Source: a virus
Taxonomy: Duplodnaviria; Caudoviricetes
Length of the DNA: 64,000 nt
IMG/VR virus record: IMGVR_UViG_3300028591_005215
Coordinates: 215,750 to 279,749 of that record
Reading direction: 5' to 3' (one strand)
Part shown: positions 42,002 to 49,205 of the stretch, one piece after another
Layout of the letters: each line of letters opens with the position of its first letter
Position numbering within the stretch: the first letter of the stretch is position 1
Notes under the pieces: generated by a model
Seen by the model: only the letters and a program-made list of their open reading frames with translations
What the model was told of the DNA's origin: nothing
Databases searched by the model: none
Made by a program: the position numbers and the translations under genes

Positions 42002-42469
42002 ATGAGCAAAATTTTCGAAACATCAAATGATTTGGTAGAGTTAGGGCAATTAAAGTTTAATGAAACAGGTCTTAATGATGTTGGTATAAGACTAAAGGTT
42101 CTTTCTTTAACTAAGTCTAATGTTGCTGCTAAGGTTACTAAGGCTAATGCAACAACTAACTTCATTAGTCATGGCCAAATTGATGTTGTTCTTTATCTTT
42201 ACGAAGAATTACTTGATAGGTTAGACGATGATATGAAAGACAGACTTATTGAAGGTGCTTTATCTAATTTATCATATGATGGTGAAAAAGATAAGTTGAA
42301 TATTGATAATTCCCCATTCGGTGAAGTTATTAGAATGTCAAAGAAATACCCTGATTATGTTAGCGACCTCGAAACTGCCCAATTAACAATTGAACAGTTG
42401 CAAGAAGAAATCAAAGAACGTAAAGCTGCTGAAAAGGAAGCGAAGAAAGCATCTAAATCTTATGAGTAG
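42002..42469 (+). CDS. Hypothetical protein (weak resemblance to phage metallopeptidase fold, no HExxH)
   Basis: After TTTG..TATATTTG promoter (41941-41972). Confidence 0.55.
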   Translation: MSKIFETSNDLVELGQLKFNETGLNDVGIRLKVLSLTKSNVAAKVTKANATTNFISHGQIDVVLYLYEELLDRLDDDMKDRLIEGALSNLSYDGEKDKLNIDNSPFGEVIRMSKKYPDYVSDLETAQLTIEQLQEEIKERKAAEKEAKKASKSYE

Positions 42470-42839
42470 GGGGAAAACTTTAGACAAAATTCTTAATAGA
42501 ATCTATGAGGAGTTGTATAAACACGCAACCCCTCAAGCTTCGTTTAAAAAATTATTAAAGGAAGCGAATTGGACCGATTCAAGCGGTAACACTGCACCTT
42601 CTGATGAAGTACATACAGATTCTTGGTATAAAGAGAACGGTTACAAAAAAGATATACATTATAAAGAATATGTGATTGATAAATCAACAAGTGATAGAAT
42701 AGTTAACGACATAATTGATGAATATCCTAAATTAACGCCTTTCGACATAAAGACATTAATATTTAACTTATCAAAAGGATGTGGTCCGTTAACTAATGAA
42801 GAAAAGGCTAAAATAGAGAATGAACCACAAACAAATTAA
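42462..42839 (+). CDS. Hypothetical protein
   Basis: ATG at 42462 overlaps the previous gene's end, in frame with the tracked ORF. Confidence 0.55.
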   Translation: MSRGKTLDKILNRIYEELYKHATPQASFKKLLKEANWTDSSGNTAPSDEVHTDSWYKENGYKKDIHYKEYVIDKSTSDRIVNDIIDEYPKLTPFDIKTLIFNLSKGCGPLTNEEKAKIENEPQTN

Positions 42840-42853
42840 AAAACTAGCAAATA

Positions 42854-43645
42854 ATGAGTAAAAGCAATTTGATTTTAGGTGATTCAAGCGAGGAAATGCA
42901 GAAATTGATAGACCAAGGTATAAAGGTTGATTTAACTGTAACATCCCCTCCTTATGATGGGTTACGAAGTTATGAAGGTAATGTTGTGTGGAATTTTGAT
43001 AAATTTAAAGACATTGCCAACAAATTATATGAAATTACTGCTGATGGTGGTGTTGTGATTTGGGTTGTTGCTGACCAAACCAAGAATGGTAGTGAGAGTG
43101 GTTCTTCATTCAGACAAGCTCTTTATTTTAAAGAAATTGGCTTCAGACTACATGATACAATGATTTATAAGAAAAGGAACTATATTCCTCTTACACATAA
43201 TAGATATGAACAGTCTTGGGAATATATGTTTTGTTTTTCGAAAGGCAAGCCAAAAACTTGGAATCCTATTATGATTCCTTGCAAAAATGCAGGTAAAATT
43301 GAATCTTACGGAAATGGTAGAAGGACAGAGCTTGATAAAAATCAAGCAATGAGAGCGCCTGAGGGTATAACATATATGAAAACAAAAGAAGAAAAGATAC
43401 ACCCAAATATTTTTGAATATTCATTAGGCGCTACTAAAAGCGGTCATCCTGCTGCATTTCCTAATGGATTACCTCACGACCAAATTATCACTTGGACAAA
43501 CGAAGGGGATTTGGTTTTTGACCCATTTATGGGAGGGTGCACAACTGGCGTTGAAGCAGTTAAAGCAAAAAGAAACTTTATAGGTATCGAAATCGTACAA
43601 AATTATTATAATATAGCAATTAATCAAATTAAAAATATAGTATAA
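42854..43645 (+). CDS. Orphan beta-class N4-C/N6-A DNA methyltransferase
   Basis: TSPPY (motif IV) precedes HPAAFP and DPFMGGCTTG (motif I); no adjacent endonuclease. Confidence 0.9.
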   Translation: MSKSNLILGDSSEEMQKLIDQGIKVDLTVTSPPYDGLRSYEGNVVWNFDKFKDIANKLYEITADGGVVIWVVADQTKNGSESGSSFRQALYFKEIGFRLHDTMIYKKRNYIPLTHNRYEQSWEYMFCFSKGKPKTWNPIMIPCKNAGKIESYGNGRRTELDKNQAMRAPEGITYMKTKEEKIHPNIFEYSLGATKSGHPAAFPNGLPHDQIITWTNEGDLVFDPFMGGCTTGVEAVKAKRNFIGIEIVQNYYNIAINQIKNIV

Positions 43646-43648
43646 ATT

Positions 43649-43888
43649 ATGGAAGCAATAATTGATTTAGCTTGTATGATATTAGTTATGGCAACGTTAA
43701 TTGGCATTTACTTTTTGCCTGCTATAATTGGTTTGATATTCAAAGCTAAGAATTCAAAATGGATTTTTGCACTTAACGTTTTGACAGGTTGGACTATAAT
43801 TGGATGGATAATCGCATTTTTGTGGGCTATTTTTGAGTGTGATGGGACTGATTTAGTGGCAAAAATTAAAGAAAATAATAATTTATAA
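43649..43888 (+). CDS. Superinfection immunity (T4 Imm-like) membrane protein
   Basis: YFLPAII..IFALNVLTGWTIIGWIIAFLWA signature. Confidence 0.8.
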   Translation: MEAIIDLACMILVMATLIGIYFLPAIIGLIFKAKNSKWIFALNVLTGWTIIGWIIAFLWAIFECDGTDLVAKIKENNNL

Positions 43889-43937
43889 AACCGATGCAAG
43901 AAAACCCATTAATCTTTAGTTAATGGGATGAATTGCA

Positions 43938-44336
43938 TTAACCTTGATTCTCAATGTACTTTCTGATTATATCAGGACTTGCTTCACCAATAGAGCATAC
44001 AAAATATCCATCGGACCAAAAACTATGTTCTTTCCAAAAATGTTTTCTTAGCATTGGTTGAAACTCTTTCCAAAGTCTATTTGTGCTTACTTGTTTCAAT
44101 ATTCTCACAATTGAAGTAACAGTAATATTTGGTGGATAGTTAATAAGTAGATGTATATGGTCTTTGTCTGTTTCCATTATCTCAATGTCAAAGTCACACT
44201 TACTTTCTACTTCTTTGAAAACAGAAATAACACAATCTCTAATATCAGAAAGTAATAGTTGTTTTCTGTATTTACAAACAAAAATCAAGTGGCATTTCAA
44301 ATAAAACTTGTGTCTATTTTTAGAAAAATAACTCAT
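43938..44336 (-). CDS. tnpA: IS200/IS605 Y1 (HUH) transposase
   Basis: HLIFVCKYR, DHIHLL (HUH), FWSDGYF, YIENQ. Confidence 0.95.
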   Translation of the reverse strand: MSYFSKNRHKFYLKCHLIFVCKYRKQLLLSDIRDCVISVFKEVESKCDFDIEIMETDKDHIHLLINYPPNITVTSIVRILKQVSTNRLWKEFQPMLRKHFWKEHSFWSDGYFVCSIGEASPDIIRKYIENQG

Positions 44337-44429
44337 AATCAAAAATATTTTTTACAAAAATAGTAACTTTTTGTAAAATATCTGATATTTATTATTGAAA
44401 AGCATTTAGTTTTTAACTATATTTTAAGT

Positions 44430-45626
44430 ATGAAAGTGATTTTAAAGACATATAAGTACAGAATGTACCCAAATAAGGAGCAACAACAAATGCTTGCAAA
44501 ATATTTTGGGTCAGTCCGTTTTGTCTATAATCACTTCCTTGCTGAAAGAAAACAGCAATACACAGAGAGTGGTAAAAGTGATAACTACTATGCACAAGCA
44601 AGCACACTTACCAAGCTAAAAAAACAAGAAGATTATTCGTGGCTGAAGGAAATTAATTCACAAACACTTCAATTTGTACTTAGAAATCTTGAAACAGCAT
44701 ACACAAACTTCTTTAGGGGTAATGCAAGATTTCCAAGATTCAAGGCAAAGAAGAATGGTGGCAGTTTCCATATACCACAGCATTGTTCTGTTGAAAATGG
44801 TAGAATCTACATACCAAAGTTTAAGGGTGGCATAAAGATAGTAGAACACAGACCATTTAAAGGTGGTGATGTTAGAAATATGACAATCTCTGTCACACCA
44901 AGTGGAAAATATTATGTTTCCATACTAACGCAAGTTACATATGAACCTTTACAGAAAACCAATGCAAAGGTTGGTATAGACTTGGGGCTAAAAGACTTGG
45001 TTATTACAAGTGATGGCAAAAAGTATTCAAGCAATAAGTTTATCAAACGTTACTCAAAAGAACTTGCAAAAGCACAAAAGCATTTGTCAAAGAAGCAGAA
45101 GGGTAGTAATACTTGGGATAGACAAAGAATAAAGGTTGCAAGAATACAAGAGAAGATTCATAACTGTAGGTTTGACAAATTGCATAAGATTAGTACTGAC
45201 TTAATCAGAAACTATGATGTAATTTGTTGTGAGGATTTAAACGTTAAAGGCATGCAAAGAAATCATAGACTTGCTCAGACAATATCTGATGCAAGTTGGG
45301 GAGTATTTCTTTCAATGCTTACATATAAAGCAGTTATGAACAATAAGCAAGTAGTGAAGATAGACAGATTCTATCCATCTTCAAAGACTTGTCATTGCTG
45401 TGGATGGGTAAAAGAAGACTTGCTATTGAAGGATAGAGAATGGGCTTGCCCTCATTGTGGAAACACACTTGACAGAGATATTAATGCTGCGATAAATATC
45501 CTTGCAGAAGGATTAAGAAATATATCGGCAGGAACTGTCGATTACACTGATGGAGCAGATGTAAGACCCTTTCAAGGGCAATCAGCAATGAAGTCAGAAG
45601 CCCACAAATCTTTAGTTTGTGGGTAG
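44430..45626 (+). CDS. tnpB: TnpB RNA-guided nuclease
   Basis: YKYRMYP HTH, GIDLG, CEDL, SSKTCHCCG..CPHCG zinc finger, DRDINAAINI. Confidence 0.95.
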   Translation: MKVILKTYKYRMYPNKEQQQMLAKYFGSVRFVYNHFLAERKQQYTESGKSDNYYAQASTLTKLKKQEDYSWLKEINSQTLQFVLRNLETAYTNFFRGNARFPRFKAKKNGGSFHIPQHCSVENGRIYIPKFKGGIKIVEHRPFKGGDVRNMTISVTPSGKYYVSILTQVTYEPLQKTNAKVGIDLGLKDLVITSDGKKYSSNKFIKRYSKELAKAQKHLSKKQKGSNTWDRQRIKVARIQEKIHNCRFDKLHKISTDLIRNYDVICCEDLNVKGMQRNHRLAQTISDASWGVFLSMLTYKAVMNNKQVVKIDRFYPSSKTCHCCGWVKEDLLLKDREWACPHCGNTLDRDINAAINILAEGLRNISAGTVDYTDGADVRPFQGQSAMKSEAHKSLVCG

Positions 45627-45684
45627 TTCACGATTCTTCTAAATGGTTGAAGTTGGTATAGATAAAGTAACAAACAAATAATTT

Positions 45685-46362
45685 ATGGATTTAGAAAAAG
45701 ATTTTAGAAAATTCGCAATTAGTAATACTAAAATTCGTGCAACTGTTCTTGATGATAAAATCAAACAAACAAAAGATTTTTTGACTCCTTATATTCTTGA
45801 AGAAAGGCAGTTGAACGTAACACAAATGGATATTTTTAGCCGTTTGCTTTTTGATAGGATTTTATACTTTACAGGTGAAGTTAATCAAGCTACTTGTGAC
45901 ACAATGAATGCTGAGTTGCTTTATCTTGATTCGGTAGATAATCGTGATATTAATTTGTACATTAATTCACCTGGTGGCTCAGTTGTAGATGGGCTTTCTG
46001 TAATTGATACAATGAATTTCATTAAGTCAGATGTATCTACTACTTGCATGGGTATGGCAGCGTCTATGGGGTCGGTTTTACTTAGCAATGGCGCTAAAGG
46101 CAAAAGATTTGTCCTTCCTCATTCACGTGTTATGATTCATTCAGTAGCAAGTGGTTTTCAGGGACATACTGCTGATGTAAGAATTGAAATGGAACAGACT
46201 GAAAGGTGTCAGAAGGATGTATATCAGATTTTGGCTGATAACACAGGGCATACATTTGAAGAAATGGAGAAATTATGCGATAGGGATAATTGGTTTATTG
46301 GTGATGAAGCTGTCAATAATCTACATATTGCAGATAAAGTAATACTCCCTACTAAGAAATAA
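45685..46362 (+). CDS. clpP: ATP-dependent Clp protease proteolytic subunit
   Basis: YINSPGGSV, MAASMG (Ser), MIH (His), DRD (Asp); LTPYILEERQLNVTQMDIFSRL N-terminus resembles Bacteroidota ClpP. Confidence 0.95.
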   Translation: MDLEKDFRKFAISNTKIRATVLDDKIKQTKDFLTPYILEERQLNVTQMDIFSRLLFDRILYFTGEVNQATCDTMNAELLYLDSVDNRDINLYINSPGGSVVDGLSVIDTMNFIKSDVSTTCMGMAASMGSVLLSNGAKGKRFVLPHSRVMIHSVASGFQGHTADVRIEMEQTERCQKDVYQILADNTGHTFEEMEKLCDRDNWFIGDEAVNNLHIADKVILPTKK

Positions 46363-46461
46363 AAACCAAGCATCAACGAACTTTAATAGTTTTTAACCTT
46401 GTAGATTTTGTTCTGCAAGGTTTTTTTAATATATTTGTATTGAACAAATATGTAAATATAT

Positions 46462-46764
46462 ATGATTTCAGAAGATGGCAAATTATTTTTAAGGTTTTTA
46501 AAGAGAGAAAAAATATTTAATATTTTTTTGAGGTATGCAACTAACCCATATACAACGCAACTAAACATGTTTAATAATTGCATGTTCCAAGGGAGCTTTG
46601 CTAAAGTATTAGAAGCTGATGATATAAATGAATATGGTAATCCTACATCATATTGCATAATTTTTGGTAGGACAAAAGAAGGTTGCGACTATTGGTTTAA
46701 GATGTGCGATAGATGGTACGCATTTTATGGAAAAATGAAAAAAGAACGATTATATGAAAAGTAA
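46462..46764 (+). CDS. Hypothetical protein
   Basis: After a hairpin and TATATTTG (46430-46437). Confidence 0.55.
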   Translation: MISEDGKLFLRFLKREKIFNIFLRYATNPYTTQLNMFNNCMFQGSFAKVLEADDINEYGNPTSYCIIFGRTKEGCDYWFKMCDRWYAFYGKMKKERLYEK

Positions 46765-47179
46765 TTTTGGATTTGATAAAAATGAAAGAAGCGGATTCAA
46801 ATATTGGTTTTCACATTGGTGCGCTTATAATATGACAGCACTTGTAATGCATATATGGAAACCAAAATATTTATTGCACGACATTGAAAAGCCTTGGCTT
46901 AAATTAATTTTAAAGGACTATAAGAAAGTTCAAAAATGGCATAGAGCTCATAGTAAACACCATCTTGACTATGGTGATAAACATGGCTATGATAAAGTTG
47001 ATTGGGAAGCTGCTGTAATAGATTGGGAATGTTCAAAACTCACCAAACGTGCGCAACAAAGAAATGCAAGGCAGTTTACTGAATACATTTTATCAAATGA
47101 AGATGGAAAATATTCTGAAAAGCAACGTTTTGCAGTAAAGGACAATGTACTGCCAATTTTGGATAAAATAGGTTTATAA
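46754..47179 (+). CDS. HD-like (DUF5662-like) His-rich protein
   Basis: H..HDIEK..HRAHSKHH..DWE pattern. Confidence 0.55.
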   Translation: MKSNFGFDKNERSGFKYWFSHWCAYNMTALVMHIWKPKYLLHDIEKPWLKLILKDYKKVQKWHRAHSKHHLDYGDKHGYDKVDWEAAVIDWECSKLTKRAQQRNARQFTEYILSNEDGKYSEKQRFAVKDNVLPILDKIGL

Positions 47180-47249
47180 CCATTGATATTTTTGCATTTT
47201 GTCATATATTTATATAAAAAATAATAACACTATTTTAATTATACAAATT

Positions 47250-47381
47250 ATGGCATGTGCGTGTACAAGCAACAGAGCAAAGGCAAATAATGTTGTAATT
47301 AAAAGAACACCTGTGCGTAGAGCCAATCCAAATAAAAAGAATGGTGGCATGAGAAGGATTATAAGGAGAGAATTAATATAA
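47250..47381 (+). CDS. Small basic peptide (MACAC..., Arg-rich)
   Basis: ATG at 47250, 43 aa; ATATTTAT at 47206. Confidence 0.5.
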   Translation: MACACTSNRAKANNVVIKRTPVRRANPNKKNGGMRRIIRRELI

Positions 47382-47420
47382 TTTAACCTTTTGAGCTTTT
47401 GATTTTTAGTATATTATTTG

Positions 47421-47428
47421 TATATTTG
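47421..47428 (+). promoter_or_regulatory. Bacteroidota -7 box (TATATTTG) upstream of the tRNA-like RNA
   Basis: TAnnTTTG with TTTG about 20 nt upstream; RNA starts 12 nt downstream. Confidence 0.6.
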
Positions 47429-47439
47429 CTTTAAATTTT

Positions 47440-47669
47440 GGGAAAGTGGCGGAATTGGTAGACGCTGGGGACATTGTATGGCTCGATTTTAGTGAATAAT
47501 GAAAAAATATATTTTATTCGCAGAGCCCTTTATTATCCACTGCTTTAGGTAAGTCCATCCTTTGGTGTGAGAAATCATGTAATGGCATCCACTTTGTAAT
47601 ATCGTTTAATATAAACGAATTATGATGATAAGGACGTAAATCGTGTAGGTTCGAATCCTACCTTTCTCA
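47440..47669 (+). ncRNA. tRNA-like RNA (~230 nt): acceptor, D and T arms around a large insert
   Basis: GGGAAAG/CUUUCUC acceptor, UGGCGGAAUUGGUAGACGC D arm, GUAGG-UUCGAAU-CCUAC T arm; no recognisable anticodon arm. Confidence 0.75.
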
Positions 47670-47734
47670 ACTATTTAATAAGAAATGTATATAAAATATT
47701 TGGTTTTATTATAATATTTATATATATTTGTAAC

Positions 47735-47855
47735 GTAATCACTACAATATACGAAAAAAGGTTAACAGTAGTCCTTTTGAGTCAGTAACCTTGAGATAAT
47801 ATCAAAATCAACGGCATGACGTAGATGAGCTGTAGCAAAAGGTTGTAGTGACTGC
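47735..47855 (+). ncRNA. Putative structured ncRNA (~120 nt)
   Basis: gtaatcactacaa/ttgtagtgactgc and ccttttg/caaaagg stems; starts just after TATATTTG (47723-47730). Confidence 0.5.
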
Positions 47856-47900
47856 ATTATTTTATACCTCGATGGTGAAATTGGTAAACACACGAGACCT

Positions 47901-48733
47901 AATTTAATTTGAGTGCTATGGCGAGAAATCCCATAGTAGAATCTCCCTAAAACGGTGGAAATCCTTTTTATGTTAGTTATATCACTCCGAGAGTGCTCGT
48001 ATAGGATGGGGAAAATGATATATGTCCAATAAGACCCTGATACGCATCTGCGTAGAGCGCTGTCTTGAATTAACAAGCAACAGATAGGACAAACTAACAA
48101 CACTAACCAATAATGCGTAAGGATAATACAGTGCTAAATTGAGAAGCTTGCATTAACTCTTTTGAAAGGTGAAATTAGATGGGAGTTAAAATCTGCTCAG
48201 CTTTTAATAACAAAAATGTGTCTCATAAAAACGCTTTTAGTGAAAAACAAATAGGCAGCAGTACTACCGAATTCACGCTTGTGGACTATCCAACTATGAA
48301 TGACAGACTTAGAAATAAGGAACTAAAAAGTAGCGATAGGTTGAAACAAGAAGTTAATAATGAACAGACAAATTTGTTCAAGTTTTAACATACTGTAGAG
48401 AGTATATAGGAGATGCCTAAGTTGAAATTATGTGCAAATAAAAGTGGGCTTGGAAGTAGCCATCTTTTAAAGAGTTAATCACTCTGGGAAGGAAGTAACC
48501 TTCAGGGAGGTAGGTATGCATCCCTCTGGCCGATGCATTTGGAGTTAAAAGCCAAAATGTTTGGGCAGCAGAACGTCAGTGGATTATTTGGTGTAACAAC
48601 ACATATTTGTACATTACTTGCAAGAATTTCAATATGGTAATAATGTATTCCAGACTACAACAAGCAAGTCGATAATTAAAGAGTGGGAAGCAAAGACGCT
48701 CCTTGTTTGGCTATGGTAACATAGTGTAGCAGG
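47901..48733 (+). ncRNA. Group I intron (trnL-UAA/IC3-like), 833 nt, with large peripheral inserts
   Basis: U^AA insertion site, P2 with GAAA loop, P3 aucucc/ggagau, P7 gagagua (48398-48404)/uauucc (48646-48651), P8, P9 GUAA hairpin, terminal AGG (omega G). Confidence 0.85.
48430..48614 (+). ncRNA. 23S rRNA H43/H44 (L11-binding) mimic in intron loop P8
   Basis: GUGGGCUUGGAAGUAGCCAUCUUUUAAAGAGU..GUGUAACAAC enclosed by an 11-bp stem. Confidence 0.75.
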
Positions 48734-48804
48734 AAAATTTCGTGAATCGTAAGATTCTTGAGGGTTCGAGTCCCTCTCGAGGTACTATAATGACTTTACC
48801 TAAA

Positions 48805-48875
48805 TGTGGTATGATGTAACGGTAACATAGCAGATTCTGATTCTGCATTTATAGGTTCGAATCCTATTACCACAA
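48805..48875 (+). tRNA. tRNA-Gln(CUG)
   Basis: UGUGGUA/UACCACA acceptor, GCAGA-UUCUGAU-UCUGC anticodon arm, AUAGG-UUCGAAU-CCUAU T arm; CCA not encoded. Confidence 0.9.
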
Positions 48876-48902
48876 CAATTTAAGCGAAGCAAAAAAATAT
48901 TA

Positions 48903-49088
48903 ATGGACGCATTTATATATTTAACTGATGAAGAAAAATTAAAGCATCTTTGGTCTAAATCGCCTTTTGATAATTATACAAGCTATACATATATTAGTGA
49001 AGATGCAATTAAAGATGTTTTAACTGAAGATGAATTCAATGATTTGAAACTTAAAATACGGTTAAATTCTACCGACAAAAAAATATAA
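48903..49088 (+). CDS. Small hypothetical protein
   Basis: 61-aa ORF with ATG after an A-rich leader. Confidence 0.5.
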   Translation: MDAFIYLTDEEKLKHLWSKSPFDNYTSYTYISEDAIKDVLTEDEFNDLKLKIRLNSTDKKI

Positions 49089-49205
49089 GTAGTGTATTAT
49101 ACTTATGACTCAATAAAGGTTTGTAGTGCGCCTTTGGTCTTAGAACCAAGAAACTGATTTCACTGTTATTCATGGGAATTAGTAACTATATAAACTTAGG
49201 CAATA

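Larger units (their letters stand above)
43894..45631 (+). mobile_element. IS605-group element (divergent tnpA and tnpB)
   Basis: Left end atgcaa..cccattaa..tttag..ttaatggg..ttgcat; right end cccacaaa..tttag..tttgtggg-tagttcac. Confidence 0.9.
47866..48784 (+). tRNA. trnL: tRNA-Leu(UAA), split by a group I intron (exons 47866-47900 and 48734-48784)
   Basis: ACCUCGA/UCGAGGU acceptor, GGUGAAAUUGGUAAACAC D arm, CGAGA/UUUCG anticodon stem, loop CCU^AAAA, long variable arm GAAUC-GUAA-GAUUC, GAGGG-UUCGAGU-CCCUC T arm. Confidence 0.85.

Noticed and set aside
42854-43888. Restriction-modification system
   Set aside because: No recognisable endonuclease next to the methyltransferase; the neighbour is an Imm-like membrane protein
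47762-48103. 113-aa minus-strand ORF
   Set aside because: Antisense to the tRNA, intron and structured RNA, with no recognisable motif
48483-48509. SRP RNA domain IV look-alike (GGAAGGAAGUAACC)
   Set aside because: The 5' CAGG-UCC strand is missing and the segment pairs instead as gaagg/ccuuc
48430-48614. Genuine rRNA gene or host contamination
   Set aside because: Similarity covers only about 45 nt split by an expansion and is nested within intron P8; no other 23S sequence is present
47866-48784. tmRNA
   Set aside because: It has a complete D arm and Leu variable arm, no G3-U70 alanine identity, and group I core elements explain the insert
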